Part shown: piece after piece, positions 17,178-27,539 of the stretch
How the letters are laid out: each line of letters starts with the position of its first letter
How positions within the stretch are numbered: the first letter of the stretch is position 1
Origin: Bacteroidales bacterium UBA1458
Lineage (GTDB): Bacteria > Bacteroidota > Bacteroidia > Bacteroidales > VadinHA17
Length of the DNA stretch: 39,989 nt
Reading direction: 5' to 3'
Assembly (NCBI GenBank): GCA_002325785.1
Contig: DCSU01000143.1
Coordinates: 7,738-47,726, forward strand
Made by a program: the position numbers and the translations under genes
Notes under the pieces: model-generated
Seen by the model: only the letters and a program-made list of their open reading frames with translations
Told to the model about the DNA's origin: nothing
The model's database searches: none

Positions 17178-18176
17178 TCAGATTCGTTTTTGTGGGATAA
17201 ATACTTCAAGCAGCGTTGCTCTCCCCTGCGGGATCAGCACCACGCTGTCGGCCGAGGCAGGTATCAGAAGGGTCTCACCGGCCCTGAGCTCCTCCTGTTG
17301 GCCGAAACATTCAATCACGGCCATGCTATCCAGGCCGATATATATTATAAATGAGTCAGTAAGGCTGTAGTCCTTAATCACGGGCTTATCAATCTGAAGC
17401 AGGCTCGTGTGGAAATAGGGGCACTCCGCAAGCAACACCGGCTGGTTAATCACCGGGTTTTTTTTGATCAGGTTGGTGCTGTCGAGGTTGAAGTTTATGG
17501 CATCTAGAGCCAGTGTGGTGTGCATCTCACGGGGCTGGCCCGATGCGTCAACCCTGTCCCAGTCATAGATGCGGTAAGTGACGTCTGATGCCTGCTGTAT
17601 CTCCGTGAGCAGCACCCCGGCGCCGATAGCATGGACCATTCCGGCCGGAATAAAGAATACATCGCCACGGCTAACCGGTGTGGCGTTGATAATATCTTCC
17701 AGCTTCCTGGTTGCGAGGTGGACAAGAAACTCCTCCCTGGTTATTTTCTTTTTGAACCCGGTATAGATTACTGAGCCGGGTGATGCATCCATGACATACC
17801 ACATCTCGGTCTTGCCCCAGGCATGGTGCCTCTCGGCTGAGAGCCTGTCATCGGGGTGCACCTGTATCGACAGCCTGTCACGGGCATCAATGAACTTGAC
17901 AAGCAGGGGGAACTCATTTCCGTATCTCTCCCAGACCGCGTCACCCACCAGGTCGCCCATGTAAACCTCTGTAATCTCCTCCAGGGTATTCCCCTTTAGA
18001 AACCCGTTGGACACCACGGACGCAGCTCCGGTCATGCCGCTTATCTCCCAGCTCTCACCGATGGTTGTCCCTGTTTTGGCTCTCTTACCAAAGCGCTCTC
18101 GCAGGGCACTCCCTCCCCAGAGGGTCTCCTTGAGCACGGGTCTGAACCGTATTGGGTAGAGCGAATCCATCATCAT
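17178..18176 (-). CDS. manA: class I mannose-6-phosphate isomerase
   Basis: LYPIRFRPVLKETLWGG at the N-terminus, then SIQVHPDD and a cupin segment FIPAGMVHAIG. Confidence 0.85.
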   Translation of the reverse strand: MMMDSLYPIRFRPVLKETLWGGSALRERFGKRAKTGTTIGESWEISGMTGAASVVSNGFLKGNTLEEITEVYMGDLVGDAVWERYGNEFPLLVKFIDARDRLSIQVHPDDRLSAERHHAWGKTEMWYVMDASPGSVIYTGFKKKITREEFLVHLATRKLEDIINATPVSRGDVFFIPAGMVHAIGAGVLLTEIQQASDVTYRIYDWDRVDASGQPREMHTTLALDAINFNLDSTNLIKKNPVINQPVLLAECPYFHTSLLQIDKPVIKDYSLTDSFIIYIGLDSMAVIECFGQQEELRAGETLLIPASADSVVLIPQGRATLLEVFIPQKRI

Positions 18177-18475
18177 ATGAGATAATCAACCACCAGTTTT
18201 GCCTTCTTTACTGTCGATGCCAGAGATACCGCCTCACGGTGAGGTTCACTGTTCTGGTACCGCCTCAGGTCTTCAACAGAGGCAAAGGTGGCGTCAATGA
18301 CGAAGTCGCCCGCATGATCGGCCTCAAGTACATTGCTGCCTGTCCGGTACTCAATAATATAATTGAGCCGGTTACCTACCGGCCCGAAAGCCTCCTTGAG
18401 TTTCCTTACTGATTTCTCCTTCTCGTCAGGTGTGTAGGGAGGGGTGAGCTTAAAGATCACGATATGTTTTACCAT
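18173..18475 (-). CDS. Dabb (stress-responsive alpha/beta barrel) family protein
   Basis: 100 aa. MVKHIVIFKL....... and the pattern F.S.EDL..Y..S..H are typical of Dabb. Confidence 0.7.
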   Translation of the reverse strand: MVKHIVIFKLTPPYTPDEKEKSVRKLKEAFGPVGNRLNYIIEYRTGSNVLEADHAGDFVIDATFASVEDLRRYQNSEPHREAVSLASTVKKAKLVVDYLI

Positions 18476-18488
18476 ACAGATATTTTGC

Positions 18489-18496
18489 TACTTTTG
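18489..18496 (+). promoter_or_regulatory. -7 promoter box (TACTTTTG) for udk
   Basis: TAnnTTTG match 20 nt upstream of ATG 18516. Confidence 0.45.
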
Positions 18497-18499
18497 GTA

Positions 18500-18507
18500 C
18501 AAAAATA
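18500..18507 (-). promoter_or_regulatory. -7 promoter box (TATTTTTG on the minus strand) for the Dabb-manA-...-engB operon
   Basis: The reverse complement of CAAAAATA, 25 nt upstream of the Dabb ATG. It sits back-to-back with the udk box. Confidence 0.45.
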
Positions 18508-18515
18508 ATCATTTT

Positions 18516-19124
18516 ATGCTTACCGTCGGGATTGCCGGAGGAACAGGATCGGGAAAGACAACCGTTGTACGAAAACTTATTGAGATGCTACCTCCGGGAG
18601 AGGTGGTCATACTGCCACAGGACAGCTATTATAAGGATAACAGCCATATCTCCATTGAGGAGAGACAAAGGATAAATTTTGACCATCCTGACGCTGTTGA
18701 GTGGTCGCTGCTTATGGCCCATCTTACAGAGCTGAGAGCAGGCCGTCCTATTGAGATGCCCGTCTATTCCTATCTTACCTGCCTCAGGTCAAAGGAGACC
18801 ATCCCTGTCAAGCCCGCTGAGGTGGTGGTTGTGGAGGGTATCCTAATTCTTGTTGATCCGGGTCTCCGGTCAATGCTTGATATCAAGGTGTTTGTTGATG
18901 CTGATGCCGATGACCGTCTCGGCAGGGTGATCCAACGCGATATTGTTGAACGGGGGCGGTCGGTGCTGGCAGTCCTCGACCGGTATAACCTGACGGTAAA
19001 ACCGTCACACCTTCAGTTCATCGAACCCTCAAAGAGATATGCCGATATCATTATCCCCGGCGGAGGGGAAAATCTGGTAGGTATTGAAGTCCTCAGGACT
19101 ATAGTGGAGAAACACCTCAGGTAA
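18516..19124 (+). CDS. udk: uridine kinase
   Basis: MLTVGIAGGTGSGKTT (P-loop) ...NFDHPDA...EGIL...D.R. The ORF-track extension 18444..18515 overlaps the divergent promoter region and was rejected. Confidence 0.9.
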   Translation: MLTVGIAGGTGSGKTTVVRKLIEMLPPGEVVILPQDSYYKDNSHISIEERQRINFDHPDAVEWSLLMAHLTELRAGRPIEMPVYSYLTCLRSKETIPVKPAEVVVVEGILILVDPGLRSMLDIKVFVDADADDRLGRVIQRDIVERGRSVLAVLDRYNLTVKPSHLQFIEPSKRYADIIIPGGGENLVGIEVLRTIVEKHLR

Positions 19125-19222
19125 AATCGCCTGTACCAGGCCCCGGCGGAGTCTTCCTGGAGTTCCGGTCTGCAATTCAGCCGCGCCTCATTTTGCTCCC
19201 TAACCCGGCCTCAAAGCATATC

Positions 19223-19942
19223 TCAGCCGCGCCCCAGCTCGCGCAGGTACATCTGGATTGTATTTTCCAGGCCGTAGTAGAGTGCGTCAGCGATGAGAGC
19301 ATGCCCTATTGACACCTCCATCAGCCATGGGATATGACTGTGCAGCCATGCCAGGTTGTTCAGGTCGAGATCATGGCCGGCGTTGACACCCAGGCCCGCC
19401 TCCCTTGCCACCTCTGCTGCCCTGATGAAGGGAGCTGCCGCAGCTTCCCTGTCAGTACTGTACATTAATGCGTAAGGTTCTGTATAAAGCTCTATACGGT
19501 CTGTGCCGGTGCGGGCAGCATACTCTATCATCTCAGCATCGGTTCCGGTGAAGATGGAGGTGCGTATCCCCTTCTCATGAAACCGGGCGATGACATCAGC
19601 GAGAAAAGACTGGTTGGCTTTCGTATCCCATCCGGCATTGGAGGTGACGGCATCATGAGCATCGGGCACCAGCGTCACCTGGTCAGGCCGGGCATCAAGC
19701 ACCAGCCTGATGAACTGTTCCTCCGGGTTGCCCTCAATGTTAAACTCGGTGGTGATGACCTCCCTGATCACATGCACATCACTGTACCTGATATGCCTCT
19801 CGTCAGGCCTGGGATGAACAGTGATGCCTTCAGCCCCGAAGCTCTGACATTTTATGGCGGCCAGCCTGACATCAGGCACATTGCCGCCGCGGGCATTACG
19901 TAGAGTGGCAATTTTGTTGATGTTTACGCTTAATCTTGTCAT
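19223..19942 (-). CDS. pdxJ: pyridoxine 5'-phosphate synthase
   Basis: [19 protein letters not shown].........[15 protein letters not shown] is canonical PdxJ. Confidence 0.95.
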   Translation of the reverse strand: MTRLSVNINKIATLRNARGGNVPDVRLAAIKCQSFGAEGITVHPRPDERHIRYSDVHVIREVITTEFNIEGNPEEQFIRLVLDARPDQVTLVPDAHDAVTSNAGWDTKANQSFLADVIARFHEKGIRTSIFTGTDAEMIEYAARTGTDRIELYTEPYALMYSTDREAAAAPFIRAAEVAREAGLGVNAGHDLDLNNLAWLHSHIPWLMEVSIGHALIADALYYGLENTIQMYLRELGRG

Positions 19943-19966
19943 GGCTTCTTATGCTGTTTATCACCG

Positions 19967-19974
19967 CAAAGTTA
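19967..19974 (-). promoter_or_regulatory. -7 promoter box (TAACTTTG on the minus strand) for pdxJ
   Basis: The reverse complement of CAAAGTTA, 25 nt upstream of the pdxJ ATG. Confidence 0.4.
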
Positions 19975-20022
19975 TAACGATCCGTAGTTTTTTGTACTTT
20001 TATTCGGTAATTGAATGACCCG

Positions 20023-20688
20023 ATGCTTGCAAAAGAGATGATATCCGACGTGGTCCCGGCGCTGAAAACATCTGATACAGCGCAAACTGCACTGAACTGG
20101 ATGGAGATATTCAGGGTCTCGCATCTTCCTATTGTGAACGAGAACGATTACCTTGGACTGATTTCTGACAGCGACATCTATGACCTCAACCAGCCGGAAG
20201 AGCCCATCGGAAACCATTCCCTCTCCCTGCCGCGTCCCTCGGTCAAAGGTCATCAGCATATCTATGAGGTTTTAGCACTGGCTGCCAGGCATAAGCTTAC
20301 CGTGGTACCAGTGATTGATGATGAAAACCACTTCAGGGGCGTCATCACCTATAATGAGATGATCAGCGGAATTGCATCGTTCTCTTCAATTGAACAGCCG
20401 GGCGGAATGATAGTGCTGCAGGTGCTCTCACGTGACTACTCCATGAGCCGCATATCACAGATAGTAGAGAGTAATGACGCAAGGATCCTGAGCATGCACA
20501 TAACGTCCAACCCTGACTCCACCAGCCTCGAGATAACCCTGAAGGTCAACACTACAGACCTGACCTCCATCATCAAAACGTTCGAACGGTACTCGTACGA
20601 GGTGACAACATGGGTGACCGACAATGATGAGCTGGACCGATTCTATACCGACAGGTATAACCAGCTCATGAAATATCTCAACATGTAA
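20023..20688 (+). CDS. CBS domain-containing protein
   Basis: A CBS pair in the N-terminal half (HLPIVNENDYLGLISDSDI; VVPVIDDENHFRGVITYNEMI) and an additional C-terminal domain. The ORF-track start at 20011 is TTG and the ATG is at 20023. Confidence 0.75.
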   Translation: MLAKEMISDVVPALKTSDTAQTALNWMEIFRVSHLPIVNENDYLGLISDSDIYDLNQPEEPIGNHSLSLPRPSVKGHQHIYEVLALAARHKLTVVPVIDDENHFRGVITYNEMISGIASFSSIEQPGGMIVLQVLSRDYSMSRISQIVESNDARILSMHITSNPDSTSLEITLKVNTTDLTSIIKTFERYSYEVTTWVTDNDELDRFYTDRYNQLMKYLNM

Positions 20689-20700
20689 CTTCATCTCCCG

Positions 20701-21579
20701 ATGTACAAAAACATTGCCCTGTACAGCAAGGGTCTGACCGAAAAGACCATGGCCGGACTGCTGCGGCTCATCGACGCGCTATACAGGCGCGGGGTGCATA
20801 TCTTCCTTAACATCATGGAGCCCGGCAGTAATCACTTCCAGACTGACCCGAGGGTCATTCTCTTCAATGACATCTCCGAGCTTCCGGATGACATCTACCT
20901 GATAATGAGTGTCGGAGGCGATGGGACCTTTCTTGAAACAGCCATGAGAGTCCGTGCCACGGGTATCCCCGTCTCTGGTATTAACACCGGACGCCTTGGT
21001 TTCCTGGCAAATATCCCTGATAATGACATAGAGACTTCCATTGATCTCATCTGTTCTGGCAAATTTGAGGTCATCAGCCGCTCCATGCTGGAGATCATCT
21101 ACCCTGCCGGTCTGTTCAGCAACGGCAACGGTATTGCTCTCAACGAGGTGACAGTACAGAAAGCAGATCAGAGCATGATCACCATCACCGTGAAGGTTAA
21201 CGACATATTCCTCAATACTTACAGTGCTGACGGGCTGATAGTATCAACGGCCACAGGATCAACGGCATACAACCTGAGCGTTGGCGGACCCATACTCTCA
21301 CCCTCAGACGAGAGCATAATCATCGTTCCCATGTCGCCGCATAACCTCACAATCCGGCCGATAATCGTCACCGGCGGCAGCACCATAGCACTCAGCACAG
21401 GTGGCAGAAGCAGGGAGTGCCTGATAACCTGTGATTCAAAGGGCGTAAGAGTACCCGTCGGATCTGTGATCGAAATACGTCAGGCAGCCTCCAGGTTAAA
21501 GACGGTGACCCTGGCCGGAAACGATTTTTTCAGCACTCTCAGGAATAAGCTCATGTGGGGCGCTGACCCCCGTAACTGA
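20701..21579 (+). CDS. nadK: NAD kinase
   Basis: GGDGTFL, GINTGRLGFL and STATGSTAYNLSVGGPI are canonical NAD kinase motifs. Confidence 0.95.
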   Translation: MYKNIALYSKGLTEKTMAGLLRLIDALYRRGVHIFLNIMEPGSNHFQTDPRVILFNDISELPDDIYLIMSVGGDGTFLETAMRVRATGIPVSGINTGRLGFLANIPDNDIETSIDLICSGKFEVISRSMLEIIYPAGLFSNGNGIALNEVTVQKADQSMITITVKVNDIFLNTYSADGLIVSTATGSTAYNLSVGGPILSPSDESIIIVPMSPHNLTIRPIIVTGGSTIALSTGGRSRECLITCDSKGVRVPVGSVIEIRQAASRLKTVTLAGNDFFSTLRNKLMWGADPRN

Positions 21580-21622
21580 CAATAATTAAGGAATATTTAA
21601 GTTTTTAATATTATACATTCCT

Positions 21623-21630
21623 TATATTTG
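21623..21630 (+). promoter_or_regulatory. -7 promoter box (TATATTTG) upstream of the DUF6089-uppS-bamA cluster
   Basis: Exact TAnnTTTG match 24 nt upstream of ATG 21654. Confidence 0.45.
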
Positions 21631-21653
21631 TAGCCTGAACTGCAAAGCAACTG

Positions 21654-22427
21654 ATGATTAAACGTCTTATACTGGTGTGCATGGTGGTGCTTTTCTCAGC
21701 GCCATTCATTTCTGCACAGCTATGGAAGATGAAAAGATATGAAGTTGCCGCAGGATTGGGCACCTCACAGTTCTACGGTGATGTAGGGGGCTTTACCATC
21801 GGAGAGAACGCCCTGGGATTAAAGGATATCACCTTCAAGCAGACCAGGTTTAACGTTAACGGCTCATTCAGGTATTTCATTACTGATGCGGTTGCCGCGC
21901 GCTTATCCTTCTCCTACCTGATGCTTCACGCCACCGACGAACGTGGTAACAACCAGGGCAGAGGGTATGAGGCCGGCATGTCACTATATGAACCTGCACT
22001 CATCGGTGAGTATTATTTCGTTCGAAACCGGGAGCGTAACAGTTTCCTCTTTCAGACCTACAGGGGCAGGTCGAGAAACAGGGTAAAGGACTTCTTCAGA
22101 AGTTTAGACATATATGCCCTTACCGGAGTAGGTGGCGCAGGCTTCAATGTCCGCGGCAATGACCTGCTGGAGGATCGGTGGAGCACTGATCCGGACCTGG
22201 AAAGCAGCGGCTTTACCGCAGTGATACCCCTTGGCGTGGGAGCAAAAGTGGCCTTCGACCCGAACATACTGTTCGGAGTGGAATTTGCCGGGCGATATGC
22301 ATTCTCTGACTTTATTGACGGGTATACCTCGCCCTGGTCTGAGAGAAATGATGTGTATCACACCTTCAGTTTTACATTTAATTACCGGATCAAAACGGCA
22401 CGGAACGGACTTCCTTCGTTCAGATGA
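21654..22427 (+). CDS. outer-membrane beta-barrel protein (DUF6089-like)
   Basis: Signal peptide, alternating beta-strand pattern and aromatic-rich strands. It sits between nadK and uppS as in other Bacteroidota. The family name is recalled from synteny, not searched. Confidence 0.55.
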   Translation: MIKRLILVCMVVLFSAPFISAQLWKMKRYEVAAGLGTSQFYGDVGGFTIGENALGLKDITFKQTRFNVNGSFRYFITDAVAARLSFSYLMLHATDERGNNQGRGYEAGMSLYEPALIGEYYFVRNRERNSFLFQTYRGRSRNRVKDFFRSLDIYALTGVGGAGFNVRGNDLLEDRWSTDPDLESSGFTAVIPLGVGAKVAFDPNILFGVEFAGRYAFSDFIDGYTSPWSERNDVYHTFSFTFNYRIKTARNGLPSFR

Positions 22428-22447
22428 TGCTCAAATGACCACATGGA

Positions 22448-23122
22448 ATGAAAAAGGCAACAATATTTATATTTCTTTTTATAACAGCACTGCCGTTAAT
22501 CTCACAGCGTAGCGCCGACTATGGAGTATCCTTCGGGATAGTCAACTATATTGGTGAGGATAACCCGCTGAACGTGTTTTATAAGCCCGGTCCGGCTGCA
22601 CAGTTCTTCTACAGGTACAACTTCAATCCCAGGCAGGCCTTAAGAGCCAACCTGATGGGTGGATACCTCACTCCCCTGGGAGCACCAATCGGCGAACTGG
22701 GGGCAACATATGAATTCAACTTCTTCCCATACTCCACATTCAGAAGCAGGCGTGTAGACTACTCTCCGTATGTAGCCGCCGGAGCCGCATTTTCCACGGT
22801 TTTTAACCAGGTTACCACGGCTGACGGAACCAAAAGCTTCCACCCTTTCTTTTCCATACCATTCTCTGCCGGAATCAAGGTAAATGTGGCTAACCACATT
22901 GGCGTTGAGTTCGAATATGGTTTTCGTAAGACTTTTTATGATAAATTTGACGGCCAAACTGAAGTCATGACTCCCGGAGATGCGCCGGTAGACCAATCAT
23001 GGCTTCATAACAATGACTGGTACAGCTTCATGGGGATCTCGGTCACCTGGAAAATGTACAACAAGCTGGCTGGCTGCCCGGCTTTTGCAGAAATGGAGAA
23101 AGATAAAAAAAGAAAGAGATAA
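22448..23122 (+). CDS. outer-membrane beta-barrel protein (DUF6089-like paralogue)
   Basis: Signal peptide MKKATIFIFLFITALPLISQ and beta-barrel-like composition. It is in tandem with the preceding gene. Confidence 0.55.
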   Translation: MKKATIFIFLFITALPLISQRSADYGVSFGIVNYIGEDNPLNVFYKPGPAAQFFYRYNFNPRQALRANLMGGYLTPLGAPIGELGATYEFNFFPYSTFRSRRVDYSPYVAAGAAFSTVFNQVTTADGTKSFHPFFSIPFSAGIKVNVANHIGVEFEYGFRKTFYDKFDGQTEVMTPGDAPVDQSWLHNNDWYSFMGISVTWKMYNKLAGCPAFAEMEKDKKRKR

Positions 23123-23124
23123 CA

Positions 23125-23874
23125 TTGACTTTTAAGGATCAGATAGATAAGAACAGGCTGCCAGGGCATGTTGCTGTCATTATGGACGGCAACGGACGGT
23201 GGGCGCACAGGAGAGGCAGGGAGAGAATCTTCGGCCATAGCCAGGGCGTCAAAGCCGTACGTAAAACTGTAGAGGCTGCAGCGGAACTGGGGGTGAGGTA
23301 CCTGACCCTATACGCCTTCTCAACTGAAAACTGGAACAGACCCGATGATGAGGTCTCCGCTCTCATGGATCTCATGGTTGAATCAATCAATGATGAGACT
23401 CATACCCTCATTGAAAAACAGATATCACTCAGGGTCATAGGCGATCTGAACCGCCTCTCAGCAAATGTCAGGGAGAGACTATTCGAAACAATGCGGATTA
23501 CCTCGTCAGGCTCACGCATGACGCTGATAGTGGCCCTCAGCTACTCATCACGGTGGGAGATATCCGAGGCTTGCCGCCGCATTGCCCTAGCGGTGAAAGA
23601 GGGCAAAATCAGTACAGGTGATATTAACGAGGAGATGGTGAGCGCCAACCTTGAAACCTCTGACACACCCGATCCTGAACTAATGATCAGAACCAGCGGA
23701 GAGAAACGCATAAGCAACTTCCTCCTGTGGCAGCTGGCTTATGCAGAACTTTATTTTACAGAAAAACTTTGGCCCGATTTTGGTAAGGAGGACTTTTACA
23801 AAGCAGTGGCAGACTTCCAGAAAAGGGAAAGGAGATATGGAAAGACCAGTGAGCAGATCGCTGATAACAGATGA
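23125..23874 (+). CDS. uppS: isoprenyl transferase (undecaprenyl diphosphate synthase)
   Basis: HVAVIMDGNGRWA, LTLYAFSTENWNRP and IRTSGE.R.SNFLLWQ.AY.E are canonical. TTG start 2 nt after the preceding stop. Confidence 0.95.
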   Translation: MTFKDQIDKNRLPGHVAVIMDGNGRWAHRRGRERIFGHSQGVKAVRKTVEAAAELGVRYLTLYAFSTENWNRPDDEVSALMDLMVESINDETHTLIEKQISLRVIGDLNRLSANVRERLFETMRITSSGSRMTLIVALSYSSRWEISEACRRIALAVKEGKISTGDINEEMVSANLETSDTPDPELMIRTSGEKRISNFLLWQLAYAELYFTEKLWPDFGKEDFYKAVADFQKRERRYGKTSEQIADNR

Positions 23875-23875
23875 G

Positions 23876-26383
23876 ATGATGAAAGAAAGACCCATGCGGA
23901 TAGTTTCCCTTTTTGCTTTGTTGCTTACAGGGTTGATTGCCACAGCCCAGACAGACGAAAAATATGTTAATTACCTCTACCCGGAAGAATTCACCGTGGC
24001 TGGCATAACCATCTCCGGGGTCAAATTCCTGGAGCCGAATGCCCTCATTGGCATCTCGGGCCTTCGCATTGGCCAGAAGGTCGAGATTCCGGGTGAACAG
24101 ATCACCTCAGCGGTCAGAAAACTGTGGGACCAGGGACTCTTCTCCGATGTCAGGATCACCGTGACTACCAAGGAAGGGGAAAATGTATGGCTTGATATCT
24201 ACCTCCAGGAGAGACCCAGACTCTCATCCCTTAAATTCGAAGGGATAAAAAAGTCGGAAGAGACCGACCTCATTGAGAAACTAAGCCTGCCAAACGGCTC
24301 ACAGGTCACAGCTCACCTGCTCAACAGGGCCGAGCGCACCATCAAAGACCACTATATAGAGAAGGGCTTTCTCAACACAGATGTCAAAATCGTCCAGAAA
24401 GATGACCCTGACATGCCGAACAACGTGGTGCTCAATGTCATCATCAACAAAAACGAAAAGGTCAAGATAGAGCAGATCGAGTTCGTGGGCAATGAATACT
24501 TCGAAGGCAAGCGACTGCGGCGCGTGATGAAAAACACCAAGCAGAAAGACCTTAACATCTTCAAGGGATCAAAATACATTGAAGATAAGCTCGAAGAAGA
24601 CCGCGGCAGCCTGGTTGAGTTCTACAATGAGAACGGGTTCCGCGACTTCCGCATACTGAAAGATTCAACATACGCCCTTGAAGACGGCAGGATAGCCCTG
24701 GTTCTGAAGATCAAAGAGGGTAACCAGTATTATCTGCGGAACGTAGACTGGGTGGGCAACAGCATATATTCAAAGGATCAGCTTAACAGGGTTTTCAACT
24801 TCCCCTCGGGCGAGATCTACAACCAGACAATGATCAACAAGAGGCTCACCGATGATGAGGATGCCGTCAACTCTCTATATCTTAATTATGGTTACCTTTT
24901 CTCAAGGCTTACACCCATTGAAAAGAATGTAGAAGGCGATTCAATTGACCTGGAAGTGCGAATTTTCGAGGGAGACCCGGCCAACCTCAATAATGTGGTC
25001 ATCAGCGGCAACACACGAACCAATGAGCACGTTGCACGTCGTGAGCTCTATACCAATCCCGGCGACCTCTTCAGCAAGGAGAATATAATCCGCTCGGTAA
25101 GACAGGTAGCAGTACTTGGTCACTTTGACCCTGAGAAGATCAACCCGCAGCCCATCCCTGACCAGGTGAACGGCACCGTTGACCTCCTCTATGCACTTGA
25201 GGAGAAAGCCAACGATCAGTTCGAGATCTCGGGAGGCTGGGGGGCAGGCATGCTCGTTGGAACGGTAGGGGTGCGGTTCAATAACTTCGCAATGCGAAAC
25301 TTCTTCAAATGGAAGGAGTGGAGACCATATCCCTCCGGCGACGGCCAGTCGCTGCAGATCAGAGCCCAGTCAAACGGACGCGTCTACCAGTCGTATAACG
25401 TTTCATTCATTGAACCGTGGCTCGGCGGCAAGAAACCGAACACCCTCTCGCTATCAGCCTTTCGCTCACTAATGACCAACGGTTCAAAGAAGGGCGAGGA
25501 TGACAGGCAGTCTATGATCATCGACGGCGGCTCCGTGGGCTTCGGCAAGAGACTGGAATGGCCTGACGACTATTTCTCAGTCTTTTATGAGGGCAGCTAC
25601 CAGAGGTACAGCATGTATAACTATACCTACTACCAGTTCCTCTTTGACAACGGTACCTCAAACCTGGCATCACTCACTGCCAGGCTGACCCGCTTCTCGG
25701 CCGGACCAAACACCATCTTCCCTCGCAGCGGCTCAACATTCTCATTGTCGCTTCAGGCAACACCCCCGTACTCATCAATCAGCGGCAAGGACATGAAAAC
25801 AGAACCTGATGAGGAAAAATACAAGTGGATTGAGTTTTATAAAGTGGTATTCAAGGCCGACTATTATTTCCCGCTCTCGTCTAATGACAAGCTCATCCTT
25901 AACGCCAAGGCTGCATTCGGGTATCTCGGTTTTTACAATAAGGACATCGGTCCCTCACCCTTTGAGAATTTCTACGTGGGCGGCGATGGTATGACGGGGT
26001 ACAGCTTCTACGGCCGTGAGGTCATCGCACTGCGCGGATACACCAACGGATCGCTCACCCCCACGGTGCTTAAGGAAGGCAGGGTTGTTGAAGCAGGTAA
26101 CGTTTATTCAAAACTGACGCTTGAGCTGCGTTACCCGATCTCCCTCAACCCGCAGGCAACAATCTACGGACTCGCATTCCTTGAGGCCGGGAAAGCCTGG
26201 TATGAAATCAAAGATTACAATCCCTTTAAGATGAACCGCTCCGCGGGGATAGGCCTGAGAGCCAACCTGCCGATGTTCGGTCTCCTGGGAATAGACTGGG
26301 GCTACGGGTTTGACCCTGCAGTGTCCGGACGGGCAGATGATTCCGGAAGCCAGTTCCACTTCGTAATAGGTCAGCAATTCTAG
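23876..26383 (+). CDS. bamA: outer membrane protein assembly factor BamA
   Basis: About 835 aa with a signal peptide (RIVSLFALLLTGLIATAQ), POTRA-like repeats and a C-terminal barrel ending FHFVIGQQF. The start is ambiguous (ATG at 23876, 23879 or 23894). The ORF-track start at 23741 lies inside uppS. Confidence 0.9.
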   Translation: MMKERPMRIVSLFALLLTGLIATAQTDEKYVNYLYPEEFTVAGITISGVKFLEPNALIGISGLRIGQKVEIPGEQITSAVRKLWDQGLFSDVRITVTTKEGENVWLDIYLQERPRLSSLKFEGIKKSEETDLIEKLSLPNGSQVTAHLLNRAERTIKDHYIEKGFLNTDVKIVQKDDPDMPNNVVLNVIINKNEKVKIEQIEFVGNEYFEGKRLRRVMKNTKQKDLNIFKGSKYIEDKLEEDRGSLVEFYNENGFRDFRILKDSTYALEDGRIALVLKIKEGNQYYLRNVDWVGNSIYSKDQLNRVFNFPSGEIYNQTMINKRLTDDEDAVNSLYLNYGYLFSRLTPIEKNVEGDSIDLEVRIFEGDPANLNNVVISGNTRTNEHVARRELYTNPGDLFSKENIIRSVRQVAVLGHFDPEKINPQPIPDQVNGTVDLLYALEEKANDQFEISGGWGAGMLVGTVGVRFNNFAMRNFFKWKEWRPYPSGDGQSLQIRAQSNGRVYQSYNVSFIEPWLGGKKPNTLSLSAFRSLMTNGSKKGEDDRQSMIIDGGSVGFGKRLEWPDDYFSVFYEGSYQRYSMYNYTYYQFLFDNGTSNLASLTARLTRFSAGPNTIFPRSGSTFSLSLQATPPYSSISGKDMKTEPDEEKYKWIEFYKVVFKADYYFPLSSNDKLILNAKAAFGYLGFYNKDIGPSPFENFYVGGDGMTGYSFYGREVIALRGYTNGSLTPTVLKEGRVVEAGNVYSKLTLELRYPISLNPQATIYGLAFLEAGKAWYEIKDYNPFKMNRSAGIGLRANLPMFGLLGIDWGYGFDPAVSGRADDSGSQFHFVIGQQF

Positions 26384-26410
26384 AAAAGATAACAATCAAA
26401 CAAAAATGCT

Positions 26411-26926
26411 ATGAGGAAGATCATTATCATGACAGTACTGGTGCTCACCGCTTCTTTCAGCGGGATGGCACAAAAGTTCGCTTTCGTTGACAGCGAATAT
26501 ATAAGGAACAACATACCCGCCTTTACGGCAGCCCAGCAGCAGCTTGACAAACTGTCTGAAGGATGGGAAAAAGAGGTGGCTGATGGCTATGCAGCTGTTG
26601 AACAGTTGTACAAGGATTACCAGGCAGAGGTGGTGCTTCTGTCACAGGACCAGAAGAAGAAAAGAGAAGAGGCTATCATTGCCAGGGAGAAAGAGGTGAA
26701 AGACCTTCAGAATACCTATTTTGGCATGGAGGGCGAACTCTACAAGAAACGCGAGGAGCTCGTCAAACCTATCCAGGACGAGATACTGAAGGCTATCAAG
26801 GAGATATCCGTAGAGGGCAGCTATGCAGTCATCTTTGACACCTCAGCCGGATCAAACATACTGTTCGCCAACCCCAGGTATGACCTCTCAGATCAGGTAT
26901 TACAGAAGTTAGGTTATAAGAATTAA
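26411..26926 (+). CDS. OmpH/Skp family periplasmic chaperone
   Basis: 171 aa with a signal peptide and a coiled-coil Lys/Glu-rich core, immediately downstream of bamA. Confidence 0.85.
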   Translation: MRKIIIMTVLVLTASFSGMAQKFAFVDSEYIRNNIPAFTAAQQQLDKLSEGWEKEVADGYAAVEQLYKDYQAEVVLLSQDQKKKREEAIIAREKEVKDLQNTYFGMEGELYKKREELVKPIQDEILKAIKEISVEGSYAVIFDTSAGSNILFANPRYDLSDQVLQKLGYKN

Positions 26927-26964
26927 ATAATTACATTTGCACGATTAAATTGAAAAACAAGACG

Positions 26965-27477
26965 ATGAAGAAAGTATTTGGTATACTCCTGTTTGCTGCA
27001 CTGTTGTTTACAGCACAGGAAGGATTTGCACAGTCATTCAAGACAGGCCACATCAACAGGGATGACATCATAATGACAATGCCTGAGTATGACACAGCTA
27101 TGAAACAGTATAATGCATACGGCCAGGAGCTGACAAATGCTCTGGAGCTAATGCAGGTTGAGTACAACAATAAGCTTGACCAGTACGTGAAGGACAGCAA
27201 GACCCTCACTGATCTGGTGAAGGCCAACAAGGAGCAGGAACTCGCTGACATGCAGAACCGCATCAACAACTTCCAGCAGCAGGCTCAGACACAGCTTCAG
27301 GACAAGCAGGCTGAGCTTCTTAATCCAATAATTGAGAAGGTTACACAGGCTATCAACGCCGTTTCCAAGGAGGGAGGATTCATATATATTTATGATATCC
27401 GCACCCTGGTATATGTTGATACTGTGAAGAGCACTGACATCAGCCCGCTGGTGAAAGCGAAGCTTGGGGTCAAGTAA
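26965..27477 (+). CDS. OmpH/Skp family periplasmic chaperone (second copy)
   Basis: Signal peptide MKKVFGILLFAALLFTAQEGFA and a Gln/Glu/Lys-rich coiled coil. The ORF-track start at 26950 is TTG and the ATG is at 26965. Confidence 0.85.
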   Translation: MKKVFGILLFAALLFTAQEGFAQSFKTGHINRDDIIMTMPEYDTAMKQYNAYGQELTNALELMQVEYNNKLDQYVKDSKTLTDLVKANKEQELADMQNRINNFQQQAQTQLQDKQAELLNPIIEKVTQAINAVSKEGGFIYIYDIRTLVYVDTVKSTDISPLVKAKLGVK

Positions 27478-27539
27478 CTCAGACTGAACAGTAATAATAT
27501 GGCTGCTCATCTGACGGGCAGCCTTTATTTTAGATCATT

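Noticed and set aside
21588-21623. A 7-bp AAGGAAT/ATTCCTT hairpin after nadK, considered as a terminator.
   Set aside because: The loop is 22 nt, the stem is AT-rich, and the right arm abuts the downstream -7 box (sharing one nucleotide), so it is not distinguishable from chance in AT-rich spacer DNA.
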